A stretch of DNA of 64,000 nucleotides, from the NCBI GenBank assembly GCA_964486095.1, contig CAZAMX010000001.1, forward strand, positions 3,391-67,390, read 5' to 3'. A program made the translations under genes and the position numbers. Positions 1 to 9,696 of this stretch are shown one piece after another (the first letter of the stretch is position 1; each line of letters opens with the position of its first letter). The DNA is from an uncultured Acetatifactor sp. (GTDB taxonomy: Bacteria > Bacillota > Clostridia > Lachnospirales > Lachnospiraceae). Below the pieces are notes generated by a model. That model was not told the DNA's origin, did not search any database, and worked only from the letters and a program-made list of their open reading frames with translations.

Positions 1-75
1 CAGCCGGAACATAAACTTTAGTGTTTCGCGGGTCACGTGAATTTTAGTCTTTTTCTGTGCGGATGTTTTAAGCAT
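1..75 (-). CDS. 5' fragment of a downstream gene, probably the partner ABC transporter ATP-binding/permease (runs off window)
   Basis: ATG at 75 overlaps the stop of the 68..1927 gene, preceded by GGAGGTGA RBS; open frame MLKTSAQKKTKIHVTRETLKFMFRL to window edge; product inferred from the usual paired arrangement. Confidence 0.55.
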   Translation of the reverse strand, partial: MLKTSAQKKTKIHVTRETLKFMFRL

Positions 76-1927
76 TTTCGGTCACCTCCCCGGAGTTGTC
101 AACATAGTACTGGGCCTGGAGACGGAACATTTCCGCATAGGCGCCGCCGCTTTCCAGCAGCTCCTTATGGGTTCCGCATTCTAAGAGCTTACCGTCCTGA
201 AACATTGCTATCCGGTCACAGAACTGGGTGGAGCTTAAACGGTGGCTTATGTACACGGCGGTTTTGCCGCCGATCAGCTTGTCGAAGCTGCTGTAGAGCC
301 TGCTTTCCGCCAGGGCGTCCAAAGCGGCGGTAGGCTCGTCCAAGATCACAACAGGAGCATTCTTGTACAGCGCCCTGGCCAGGGCCAGCTTCTGCTTTTC
401 GCCGCCGGAAAGGTCCGTGCCGTCATCGTAAATCACTTTCAGAATTTCCGTGTCCACTCCCCTTGGCAGTTCTGTCAGCTTCTCTTCCAGGCCTGCATCT
501 ATCAGGCATCTTTCCGCACGCTTTTTGTCGGTGTTTTCGGGATCCTTCATGGACACGTTTTCCGCAAGGGGATAGGCGAACAGGTTCACATCCTGGAAAA
601 CCGGGGAGAAAATCCGGTAATAGCTTGTTTTACTGTATTCCTTTATGTTGACGCCATTTAAAAAAATTTCTCCTTCGGCGGGCTCGTACAGCCGAAGCAG
701 CAGCTTGATAAAGGTGGATTTTCCCGCCCCGTTTAAGCCTACCACCGCCAGCCGTTCGCCGGCCTTCAAGGTCAGGGACAGGTTTTCCAGGGCATAATTT
801 TCCGCTTTCGGATACCGGAAGGAAACACCCCGAAATTCAAATTCATAGCTGTCCATGGGGGGAACAGGCATTCCCTGGTCAGGGTCTCCGCCGTCAAAGT
901 CCAAAAAGCTGCGCCAGTCATCTACCTCTCTGCTGCGCTGGACGAGATCGGCAGAGTCGTCCATAAGCTGTCGTACAAAACCGTAAAAGGTAGTGGCGGA
1001 AGCCAGGTAAAGACTGAAATTTCCCAGGGTTACCAGGCCGTGCACCGTCATATAAAGCAGCCAACCGTACACCAGGGCCTGGGATAAGGCAAAGCACAGA
1101 TTGGAAAAGGAGGCGATCAAAAACCACATTTTTGCATTGCGTTTTTGCGCGTCTATTCTTGTTTCCTTTTCCCGGCGGAATTTATCTGTCAGCCAGTCCT
1201 TTAATCCGAACATGCGAATGTCCTTTGCCGCGGCAAAATCCGAAGTCACATTGGCCAGGTAATAATTCTTTCGCCACCAGGGGGCCAGGGGATCCCAGAC
1301 CGTGCGTTTGAGCCTTGCCCCTGCTCTGTTCCGAAAGAGGAAGGTGACGGCCGAGAGGACGGTCAGAATCAGGACGATCCAAAGATTCATGGTGCCCAGA
1401 ATCATCAGGCCGAACGCTGCCACTGCCAGGTTAAGAAGCATGTTCATGATCTGCCGCATCATCCCCTCGATTCCCTGATTGTTGTTATTGGCGGCGTTCC
1501 CGGCCTTCTGGTAGCAGTCCAGTACGTCGGAATCCTCGATATGGTGAAAGTCGATGGACATGGCCTTGCGGTTTTTTTCTACCATCATCTGAAAACGTAC
1601 CAAAATATAGTAAGGCCATTTACTGTAGTACCATGTGTTCAGCATGGTGGACAGAATCTGTATCAGAGTTACCAGGGCCATAAGGGCCAACAGGCTCTCA
1701 CGGTTCTTTTGCCCTGTTATCATGTCAATGACAAATTTGGTAATAAAGGTCCACAGGTAATTCATCATCGGCCCGCAGATCATCCCAATGGGAATCAGGA
1801 GCTTAAATACAGGAGCGTACCGGAACATATTCCCTAAAATATAGCGGATATTACTGAAGAGTCCGTATTCCCTGTGCAGGGGATTTTTGGCTTCTTCCTT
1901 TTTGAGCTTTTTCTTTTTGTTTTTCAT
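68..1927 (-). CDS. ABC transporter fused permease/ATP-binding protein (exporter type)
   Basis: N-terminal TM helices; Walker A GLNGAGKST, LSGGEKQ signature, ILDEPT, SHRLS; start MKNKKK at 1927 with GGAG RBS. Confidence 0.92.
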   Translation of the reverse strand: MKNKKKKLKKEEAKNPLHREYGLFSNIRYILGNMFRYAPVFKLLIPIGMICGPMMNYLWTFITKFVIDMITGQKNRESLLALMALVTLIQILSTMLNTWYYSKWPYYILVRFQMMVEKNRKAMSIDFHHIEDSDVLDCYQKAGNAANNNNQGIEGMMRQIMNMLLNLAVAAFGLMILGTMNLWIVLILTVLSAVTFLFRNRAGARLKRTVWDPLAPWWRKNYYLANVTSDFAAAKDIRMFGLKDWLTDKFRREKETRIDAQKRNAKMWFLIASFSNLCFALSQALVYGWLLYMTVHGLVTLGNFSLYLASATTFYGFVRQLMDDSADLVQRSREVDDWRSFLDFDGGDPDQGMPVPPMDSYEFEFRGVSFRYPKAENYALENLSLTLKAGERLAVVGLNGAGKSTFIKLLLRLYEPAEGEIFLNGVNIKEYSKTSYYRIFSPVFQDVNLFAYPLAENVSMKDPENTDKKRAERCLIDAGLEEKLTELPRGVDTEILKVIYDDGTDLSGGEKQKLALARALYKNAPVVILDEPTAALDALAESRLYSSFDKLIGGKTAVYISHRLSSTQFCDRIAMFQDGKLLECGTHKELLESGGAYAEMFRLQAQYYVDNSGEVTENA

Positions 1928-2004
1928 GGTGATCTCCGTTTTGCATAAATTTAAAAACCTGTTTTCTTTTACCATAAAGGGCCTGTACGAAAGGACTATT
2001 ATGT

Positions 2005-2032
2005 ATTATATCTTATGCCAATAGAAAATCAA
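2005..2032 (-). promoter_or_regulatory. sigmaA-type promoter for the ABC exporter
   Basis: Minus strand TTGATT-N16-TATAAT. Confidence 0.5.
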
Positions 2033-2074
2033 GCGCGAATGAAGATGATAGTTCGTTACATTTTTTTGAGCGAA

Positions 2075-2137
2075 AGCATGTCTGAGATAATTAATAGCAA
2101 ATAATGAAGAGATGTGCAGGAATTTGTGTGATACAAT
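2075..2137 (+). promoter_or_regulatory. Putative activator-dependent promoter (AGCA[A/T] repeats + extended -10)
   Basis: AGCAT 2075, AGCAA 2096 (21 bp apart), TGa-TACAAT at 2132; same spacing recurs at other promoters in the window. Confidence 0.6.
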
Positions 2138-2186
2138 ATTGGAAGTATCGGATGTTATTAAGAATCATAAAGGAGGGGTTGGGATC

Positions 2187-3047
2187 ATGGAATTTGTTTA
2201 TGAGCTTCCGGAGGAAATGCGGAAGGAAACGGACAGGAAGGGTGAAGTCAGACGATTTACCTATGATACACAGACCTACGACAGGGAGGGGAGCCGCCCG
2301 CTGCAAAAGGGCGCATGGGTGTACCTTCCTTACGGTTACAGTACCGGCAATCAGTATAATGTATTATACCTTCTCCATGGGGGAGGGGTTAACGAAGACT
2401 GGTGGTTTAAAATGTTTCCGGATACGGTGACTATTTTGGACAATATGATCGCGCATAAAATATGCGAGCCCTGTATTATTGTTGCACCCACGTATTACCG
2501 GGGGGAGGACGAGGCGGACAAAAATGCGGAATACATTACGGAGCATTTTCATTATGAACTTCGCCGGGACCTGATTCCTGCCGTGGAAACGGCGTTTTCT
2601 ACCTATACAGGGGGAGATGTATCTGAAGCAAATCTTGTCAGGACCCGCGGACATCGCGCCTTTGCCGGTCTTTCCTTAGGCTCCATGACGACTTACCGGG
2701 CCGCCTTTTATAACAATTTCGATTTGTTTTCCTGGTATGGCCCTTTCTCCGGCTGCTGCGGGCCGAACGGAGACCACGACAGGGAAGTGGAGCGGATTCA
2801 GAAGACGCTGGCAGACGGTGAAAGCAAAGGGCTTAAGCTGGACTATCTTTTCTGCTGCAACGGAGACAAGGACATTGCCTATGCAGAGCATAAGGATATT
2901 ATGGACAGGGCAGCGGCTCTTTGCCCTCAGCTTGTGCAGGGCAAAAACTATGACTTTTTCACTATTCCGGGCGGAGTCCATGACATGAAGGCCTGGCAGC
3001 TTCATCTGTACCATGCCCTGCAGGTATTTTTCCGTGGGGAAATATAA
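2187..3047 (+). CDS. Alpha/beta-hydrolase esterase, CE1-like (feruloyl/acetylxylan esterase)
   Basis: VYLPYGY, LYLLHGGG, nucleophile elbow AGLSLGS, C-terminal GGVH; AGGAGG RBS before ATG 2187. Confidence 0.82.
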   Translation: MEFVYELPEEMRKETDRKGEVRRFTYDTQTYDREGSRPLQKGAWVYLPYGYSTGNQYNVLYLLHGGGVNEDWWFKMFPDTVTILDNMIAHKICEPCIIVAPTYYRGEDEADKNAEYITEHFHYELRRDLIPAVETAFSTYTGGDVSEANLVRTRGHRAFAGLSLGSMTTYRAAFYNNFDLFSWYGPFSGCCGPNGDHDREVERIQKTLADGESKGLKLDYLFCCNGDKDIAYAEHKDIMDRAAALCPQLVQGKNYDFFTIPGGVHDMKAWQLHLYHALQVFFRGEI

Positions 3048-3066
3048 GGAACCGTGGAGGATTAAT

Positions 3067-4929
3067 ATGATACAGGAAATAAGGGGAAGAGCAGTCAGGC
3101 TCCAAGACGGGGAGCTGCTGCGCAGGGAAGACGCAAACAGACAGTATTTGATGAAACTGGAAAACAGGTATCTTTTGAGAAACTACCTGCTGGAGGCAGG
3201 CAGATACTCCGGGCGGGGAATGGATCCCAATGCCATGGGCGGCTGGGAGGATCCCAGCTGTCAGCTCAGAGGGCATTTTCTGGGGCATTGGCTGTCGGCA
3301 GCGGCGCTTCGTTACCAGGAGGCAGAGGATGGGGAGCTGAAGGCCAAGACGGAAGCCATATTGGAGGAACTTGACCGGTGCCAAAAAGACAATGGCGGGG
3401 AATGGGTCTGTCCTATCCCGGAAAAATATTTGTATTGGATCGGCAGGGGGAAGAATATTTGGGCGCCTCAATATAATGTTCATAAGCTGTTTATGGGGCT
3501 GGTGGATGTCTATCGGTATATGGGCATGGAAAAAGCGCTGTTGATCGCAGATAAACTGGCGGACTGGTTTCATCGGTGGAGCGCAGACTATACCAGAGAG
3601 GAATTTGATCAGATACTGGATATTGAGACGGGAGGTATGCTGGAGGTATGGGCTGATCTGCTGGAGATTACCGGCGATGAAAAGTACCGGGAGCTCCTGG
3701 AGAAATACTATCGCGGCAGACTGTTTGATCCCCTGCTTGAGGGGAAGGATGTGCTGACGAATATGCACGCCAATACCACTATACCGGAGATCTTAGGGTG
3801 CGCCAGGGCATACGAGGTTACTGGGGAGGAAAGATGGCTGCAGATTGTCAGGTGTTACTGGAAATGCGCGGTGACTGACAGGGGCTGTTTTGCCACAGGC
3901 GGACAGACTCAGGGGGAGATATGGACGCCCATGAAGAAGCTGAAGGCCAGATTGGGTGACAAAAATCAGGAACACTGCACTGTGTATAATATGATTCGGT
4001 TGGCCGAGTTCCTGTTTCGCCATACGGGAGAGGCCAAATATATGCACTACATAGAATATAATGTGTTAAACGGTGTGATGGCCCAGACCTACTGGCAGGG
4101 ACAGCCCTGGAAGGGAAGTCCCTGGACCGGTCTGCTCACCTATTTTCTTCCTATGAAAGCAGGCAGTAAAAAGGACTGGGCAGGGGAGATGGACAGCTTC
4201 TTCTGCTGTCACGGGACGATGGTTCAGGCCAATGCGGCATGGAACCGCAGAATCTATTACAAAGGGGAAGACGCCCTGTATATCACAATGTACACGGACT
4301 CTGAGGCAGAATTTGAGATGGGGGGTCTGAAGGTAAAGCTCACACAGCGGCAGGATTACATGAACGGCAGTTTGATGAACTCTTCTGTAAACAGTGTGCA
4401 GCAGACGGTAAACGACATTACCGCTACCTATGCCAACAAGCCGGATTTTCGCAAGTTCGTGTTTACGCTGCAGGTGACCGGAGATCTGGACTGCAGGATA
4501 TGTCTGCGCATTCCTGACTGGGTGGTGCGGAAGGCATCGGTGTATGTAAATGATGAGCTTGTGGTACAAACCGACTGCACCGAGGAATTTCTGGAGCTTC
4601 ACCGGATCTGGAAGGACGGGGACAGGATCATCCTCCTGCTGCCTGTAGACCTGCGCTTCATTCCTCTGCCGGACGATGCAGAGACAGGAGCCTTCTGCTA
4701 CGGCCCTGATGTGCTGGCGGGCATTACGGAGCAGGAAAGAGTGCTGAGACTGGAAAATGAGGATCCGGTGCAGGAGCTGTCTGCCGATACGGAGCGGGAA
4801 TGGGGAGCCTTCCGCACCTTTTATCGGACGGAGAACCAGGACCCCGGTATCAGCTTTCGAAAGCTTAACGAGATCGGTTATGAACCGTATCAAATGTATT
4901 TCAAGGTGAAGAGAAAGAAAGAACAGTGA
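3067..4929 (+). CDS. Beta-L-arabinofuranosidase-like glycoside hydrolase (GH127/GH146, DUF1680)
   Basis: GGWE, RGHFLGHWLSA, ETGGM, HANT, EHCTVYNM, FFCCHGT, LRIPDW motifs. Confidence 0.85.
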   Translation: MIQEIRGRAVRLQDGELLRREDANRQYLMKLENRYLLRNYLLEAGRYSGRGMDPNAMGGWEDPSCQLRGHFLGHWLSAAALRYQEAEDGELKAKTEAILEELDRCQKDNGGEWVCPIPEKYLYWIGRGKNIWAPQYNVHKLFMGLVDVYRYMGMEKALLIADKLADWFHRWSADYTREEFDQILDIETGGMLEVWADLLEITGDEKYRELLEKYYRGRLFDPLLEGKDVLTNMHANTTIPEILGCARAYEVTGEERWLQIVRCYWKCAVTDRGCFATGGQTQGEIWTPMKKLKARLGDKNQEHCTVYNMIRLAEFLFRHTGEAKYMHYIEYNVLNGVMAQTYWQGQPWKGSPWTGLLTYFLPMKAGSKKDWAGEMDSFFCCHGTMVQANAAWNRRIYYKGEDALYITMYTDSEAEFEMGGLKVKLTQRQDYMNGSLMNSSVNSVQQTVNDITATYANKPDFRKFVFTLQVTGDLDCRICLRIPDWVVRKASVYVNDELVVQTDCTEEFLELHRIWKDGDRIILLLPVDLRFIPLPDDAETGAFCYGPDVLAGITEQERVLRLENEDPVQELSADTEREWGAFRTFYRTENQDPGISFRKLNEIGYEPYQMYFKVKRKKEQ

Positions 4930-5036
4930 GATTGAAATTAAGAAACGGAATCAGCCGGCAAAAACAAGATAAATGCAGAGAGCATAAAAACATAAACGGC
5001 TGTAAAAAAGAAAAATGAAAGGAAAGGAAAAGCAGT

Positions 5037-6110
5037 ATGGAAATGACATTAAGGTGGTACGGTTCAAAATTTGACACGGTGACGCTGCAGCAGATCCGCC
5101 AGATACCGGGGGTGACGGGGGTGATCACCACTCTGTATGACACGGCGCCGGGAGAGGTGTGGAGCAGGGAGCGGATCCGTGCGTTAAAGGAGGAAGTGGA
5201 GGCGGCAGGACTGCATATAGCCGGGATCGAAAGCGTAAACGTCCATGATGCCATCAAGACGGGAGCTCCGGAGAGGGAGCAGTATATCGCCAACTATATC
5301 GAAACGCTGGAGAATCTGGGCAAAGAGGATATTCATCTTGTATGCTATAACTTTATGCCGGTATTTGACTGGACCAGAACGGAGCTGGCCAGGGTGAGGC
5401 CCGACGGCTCCACGGTTCTTGCGTACACCCAGGAGGCAGTGGACGCTCTGGATCCGGAAAAAATGTTTGCATCCATTGCCGGAGACACCAACGGAACCGT
5501 TATGCCCGGCTGGGAGCCGGAGCGTATGGCCCATGTAAAGGAGCTGTTTGAGCAGTACAGGGATGTGGACGATGAAAAGCTGTTTGCCAACCTGAAATAT
5601 TTTCTGGAAAAAATCATGCCGGTTTGTAACGAATATGACATCAATATGGCCATTCATCCCGATGATCCGGCCTGGAGCGTGTTCGGACTGCCGCGGATCA
5701 TCATCAACAAGGAAAATATTCTTCGCATGATGAAGATGGTGGACGATCCTCATAACGGCGTGACCTTCTGTTCCGGATCTTACGGCACGAATCTGGAGAA
5801 CGATCTGCCGGATATGATCCGTGCCCTGAAAGGAAGGATTCATTTTGCCCATGTGCGCAACCTGAAATTCATTTCGCCCACCAATTTTGAAGAAGCTGCT
5901 CATCTTTCCGCGGACGGTACCTTCGATATGTACGAGATCATGAGAGCTCTCTATGAAACAGGCTTTTCCGGCCCCATCCGTCCGGATCACGGCCGTATGA
6001 TCTGGGGCGAGAAGGCCATGCCGGGCTACGGGCTGTACGACAGGGCTCTGGGAGCGGCATATCTGAACGGACTCTGGGAAGCGATCGACAAGGCGGCAAA
6101 GGCGCGGTAA
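5037..6110 (+). CDS. uxuA: Mannonate dehydratase
   Basis: MTLRWYG, CYNFMPVFDWTRT, IHPDDP, FAHVRN, RPDHGR, PGYGLYDRALG. Confidence 0.97.
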   Translation: MEMTLRWYGSKFDTVTLQQIRQIPGVTGVITTLYDTAPGEVWSRERIRALKEEVEAAGLHIAGIESVNVHDAIKTGAPEREQYIANYIETLENLGKEDIHLVCYNFMPVFDWTRTELARVRPDGSTVLAYTQEAVDALDPEKMFASIAGDTNGTVMPGWEPERMAHVKELFEQYRDVDDEKLFANLKYFLEKIMPVCNEYDINMAIHPDDPAWSVFGLPRIIINKENILRMMKMVDDPHNGVTFCSGSYGTNLENDLPDMIRALKGRIHFAHVRNLKFISPTNFEEAAHLSADGTFDMYEIMRALYETGFSGPIRPDHGRMIWGEKAMPGYGLYDRALGAAYLNGLWEAIDKAAKAR

Positions 6111-6127
6111 AGGAGGAGAAACATAAT

Positions 6128-7750
6128 ATGAAATTAAGCAGCAGGGGACTTGCAGACAGAACACCATGGGAGACGGCGGGCTTTCACCTTCCCCGGTTTG
6201 ACCGGGAGGCGGTGACGGCGGCCACAAGGGAAAATCCTTTTTGGATTCATTTCGGCGCCGGAAATATATTCAGGGCTTTTCAGGCCAATGTGGTGCAGAA
6301 TTTATTAAATGAAGGAGTGCTGGACAGAGGACTGATCGTGGCGGAAGGCTTCGACTATGAAATCATACAGAAGATGAATCGGCCCCATGATGATTATTCC
6401 GTGCTGGTTACTTTAAAGGGGGACGGCAGTATAGAGAAGACCGTAATCGGCAGTGTGGTGGAATCCTGTATTCTGGATTCCGGAGACACAGAAGAGTACG
6501 GAAGGCTGAAGGAGATCTTCGGCAAGGATTCTTTGCAGATGGTATCCTTTACCATTACGGAAAAGGGCTACAGCCTGGTAAACGGCAGGGGCGAGCTGCT
6601 TCCTGATGTGAAGGCGGATTTTGAAACAGGTCCTAAGAAGCCGGCCAGCTATATCGGAAAGGTGGCTTCTCTTTTATACAGCCGCTACCTGGCGGGAGAA
6701 AAGCCCGTGGCCATGGTGAGCATGGACAACTGCTCTCACAACGGAGACAAATTGTATGCCGCGGTTAATGCCTTTGCGGAAAAGTGGACGGAAAAAGAGT
6801 TGGCGGAGCCGGGCTTTCTGGATTACATAAACAATCGGGAAAAAGTGACCTTTCCCTGGTCCATGATCGACAAAATCACGCCCCGTCCCGATGCTTCGGT
6901 GGAAGAAATTTTGAAAAAAGACGGGTTGGAAGAAACGGAGTCTGTGGTTACCGCAAAAAACACATATGTGGCGCCCTTTGTCAATGCGGAGGAATGTGAA
7001 TATCTGGTGATCGAGGACGCTTTTCCCAACGGCCGGCCAAAGCTGGAGAAAGGGGGGCTGATATTTACAGGACGGGAGACGGTGGACAAGGTGGAAAAGA
7101 TGAAGGTATGTACCTGCCTGAATCCGCTGCATACCGCATTGGCGGTATATGGGTGTCTTCTGGGATATAAAAAGATCTCCGAGGAAATGAAGGATGAGCA
7201 GTTGTTAAGGATGGTGAAAATGATTGGCTATACGGAGGGACTGCCGGTGGTCACGGACCCGGGAGTGCTGGACCCCAAGGAGTTTATCGATACGGTGGTC
7301 AGTCTGCGGATTCCCAATCCCTTTATGCCGGATACGCCTCAGCGGATCGCCACGGATACTTCTCAGAAGCTGGCCATCCGCTTCGGAGAGACCATAAAGG
7401 CATACATGGCTTCGCCCGTTCTTAAAGTGGAAGACTTAAAAATGATTCCCCTTGTGTTTGCAGGCTGGCTTCGGTATCTGATGGGAGTGGACGATCAGGG
7501 ACAGTCCTTTGAATTAAGCCCCGATCCGCTTGTGGATACGGTTACTCCTTATGTGGCAGGCTTCAGACTGGGAGAAGCGTGTGACAAGGCAGAAGCGGAA
7601 AAGGCCCTGCGGCCGATTCTGGAAAAGAAGGAGATTTTCGGGGTGAATCTGTACGAAGCAGGTATGGCAGAACGGGTGTGCGGATATTTCACGGAGTTGA
7701 TCGCAGGAACAGGCGCTGTCCGCCGCACCCTGGAAAAATATACCTCATAG
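6128..7750 (+). CDS. uxuB: Mannitol dehydrogenase family protein (D-mannonate oxidoreductase)
   Basis: HFGAGNIFRA, SFTITEKGY, SMDNCSHNG, MIDKITP, KMK..LNPLH; directly after uxuA. Confidence 0.85.
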   Translation: MKLSSRGLADRTPWETAGFHLPRFDREAVTAATRENPFWIHFGAGNIFRAFQANVVQNLLNEGVLDRGLIVAEGFDYEIIQKMNRPHDDYSVLVTLKGDGSIEKTVIGSVVESCILDSGDTEEYGRLKEIFGKDSLQMVSFTITEKGYSLVNGRGELLPDVKADFETGPKKPASYIGKVASLLYSRYLAGEKPVAMVSMDNCSHNGDKLYAAVNAFAEKWTEKELAEPGFLDYINNREKVTFPWSMIDKITPRPDASVEEILKKDGLEETESVVTAKNTYVAPFVNAEECEYLVIEDAFPNGRPKLEKGGLIFTGRETVDKVEKMKVCTCLNPLHTALAVYGCLLGYKKISEEMKDEQLLRMVKMIGYTEGLPVVTDPGVLDPKEFIDTVVSLRIPNPFMPDTPQRIATDTSQKLAIRFGETIKAYMASPVLKVEDLKMIPLVFAGWLRYLMGVDDQGQSFELSPDPLVDTVTPYVAGFRLGEACDKAEAEKALRPILEKKEIFGVNLYEAGMAERVCGYFTELIAGTGAVRRTLEKYTS

Positions 7751-7767
7751 TTTCAGACGAAGAAAAT

Positions 7768-7831
7768 AGCAATATTTGATAAGCAATCAAGCAAACAGTA
7801 AAGAGATTTCCAGAGAGTATTGTGATACCTT
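7768..7831 (+). promoter_or_regulatory. Putative activator-dependent promoter for the SGNH-GH115 operon
   Basis: AGCAA 7768 and 7790, TGa-TACCTT at 7826; 7790-7831 matches 2096-2137 at 30 of 42 positions. Confidence 0.6.
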
Positions 7832-7907
7832 AAATCACATGGTTATAAAATGGGAAAATATTGTCGGAAAGCGGAAAACACAGGCATTATCAGGAGGTAT
7901 GAGGCAG

Positions 7908-9662
7908 ATGGATCAGAACATGGAAAAGAATGCGGCCCAGACGGAGGCTCCCGGGGGCCCTGTGGCCCCCAGGGACCCCGAAAAGAAGCCGGAAGGCTTT
8001 TATATTATGCGGAATAAGGAGATTGACGGCTCCATCCAGCCTGACGGAAGGGGAATCCAGTTTTTGTATATGGACGGCGGCCGGATGATCAGCAGTGCCC
8101 GGATTGTGGGAAATGTGAAGGACGAAGGCATGCTGGAGCTGTTAAAGACGGCAGAAGGCTTTCGAAAGCTGGTATCCGCCATCGGTGTTACGGTAGAAAT
8201 GGAGGATGAGAGCGAGACCGTAGACTTTGTTTTTCAGATGTACGGGAAAAAGGACCCTTATGTTTCCGGCACTCAGATTAAGGTGCCTGTGTCTGCCGAC
8301 GGAGCGGAGCGTATCGTGTGGCTGTCGGAATGCAAATGGTCAGAGGACGACGACGTGCCGGGGCAGATTCGTTTTGAATTTCAAAGACCGGGAGAGCCGG
8401 CAAAAGTGTCGGTGAAGCTGTATCTTCAGGAGGGCTATAAGGCGCCGGAGGAAATTGAAGAAATACCGGTGAACCTGGAGACAGAGGATTACCGGAAGCT
8501 GTTGGAGAAGTCCCTGATGCAGACGGGCAGCCCGGCCAGGCTTAAAGAAGCCATTGACAGGGCCAGGCGGGGAGAGGACGTAACGATTGCTTTTATCGGC
8601 GGCTCCATCACTCAGGGCGCCGGAGCCGTGCCCATCAACACCGGCTGCTATGCCTATAAGACCTTTCAAAGACTGTGTGCCCTTGCGGGCAGAGGAACAG
8701 AGGAAAACATTCACTTTGTCAAAGCAGGTGTGGGCGGAACACCCTCCGAGCTTGGGATGCTGCGGTATGAGAGAGACGTGCTGCGGGACGGCAGTGTGGA
8801 ACCGGATATTGTGGTAGTGGAATTTGCGGTCAATGACGAAGGGGATGAGACTAAGGGAGAATGCTATGACTCCCTGGTCAGAAAGATACTGAAGGCAGAG
8901 AACTGCCCGGCCGTGATCCTGCTGTTTGCGGTGTTTGAAAACGACTGGAATCTGCAGGAGAGGCTGTCACCCGTGGGCAAAGCATATGATCTGCCCATGG
9001 TTAGCGTTAGGGATGCGGTGGTGGAGCAGTTTTATCAAAAGCCCGGTGCAGGAAGGGTGTTTGGCAAGCCGCAGTTCTTTTATGACTGTTATCATCCGAC
9101 AAATCTGGGGCATACGGTCATGGCTGACTGTATCGGGTATCTGCTGGAGACGGTGGACCGGCTGCCGGGTAAGGAGGATACCTTGCGGCTGGAGCAGACA
9201 GCGGCCCCTATCGGCGGGGAATTTGAGAGCGTGAAGCTGTTTGACCGCAGCGGCAGCGCGGCGGGAATTCATGTGGACTGCGGAGACTTTTGTCATACGG
9301 ATGAAGAGCTTCAAGGGGTGGAAATGGATAAAAATCTGGCGCCCACCAAGGAGTTCCCCTATAACTGGATGCGGAAGGAGTCTTTAGAAAATGCCGGAAA
9401 GCCTTTTTCCATGGACATTACCTGTACCGCTCTGCTGCTGATCTATAAGGATTCCGGCAGCTGCAATGTGGGGCGCGCTCAGGTAATGGTGGACGGCAAG
9501 AAGGTTCTGGAGGCGGATCCCCATGTAAACGGCTGGACCCACTGCAATCCTGTCATCTGCTTCAGAAATGCCGACAGAAAGCAGTACCATGTGGAGATCA
9601 GTATGGTCCCGGGGGATGAGGACAAGGAATTTACGATCTTAGGGTTCGGATATGTGGAATAA
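7908..9662 (+). CDS. SGNH/GDSL hydrolase with extra N- and C-terminal domains (putative carbohydrate esterase)
   Basis: IAFIGGSITQG (block I), AGVGGT (II), EFAVND (III), DCYHP (V); AGGAGG RBS. Confidence 0.8.
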   Translation: MDQNMEKNAAQTEAPGGPVAPRDPEKKPEGFYIMRNKEIDGSIQPDGRGIQFLYMDGGRMISSARIVGNVKDEGMLELLKTAEGFRKLVSAIGVTVEMEDESETVDFVFQMYGKKDPYVSGTQIKVPVSADGAERIVWLSECKWSEDDDVPGQIRFEFQRPGEPAKVSVKLYLQEGYKAPEEIEEIPVNLETEDYRKLLEKSLMQTGSPARLKEAIDRARRGEDVTIAFIGGSITQGAGAVPINTGCYAYKTFQRLCALAGRGTEENIHFVKAGVGGTPSELGMLRYERDVLRDGSVEPDIVVVEFAVNDEGDETKGECYDSLVRKILKAENCPAVILLFAVFENDWNLQERLSPVGKAYDLPMVSVRDAVVEQFYQKPGAGRVFGKPQFFYDCYHPTNLGHTVMADCIGYLLETVDRLPGKEDTLRLEQTAAPIGGEFESVKLFDRSGSAAGIHVDCGDFCHTDEELQGVEMDKNLAPTKEFPYNWMRKESLENAGKPFSMDITCTALLLIYKDSGSCNVGRAQVMVDGKKVLEADPHVNGWTHCNPVICFRNADRKQYHVEISMVPGDEDKEFTILGFGYVE

Positions 9663-9696
9663 GGACAGGGGAGTCCGGATAAGGAGAGAGCGGCAT

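Noticed and set aside
5184-6227. Long antisense ORFs (e.g. 5184..6227, 20034..20966, 47610..48485, 51328..52224)
   Set aside because: Shadows of well-supported + strand genes; no motifs or RBS; expected from codon bias.
7821-7839. TGTGA-N9-TCACA as a CRP/FNR-type site
   Set aside because: Spacer is 9 rather than 6 bp; TGTGA is explained by the extended -10. It could still be an operator, but nothing else supports that.
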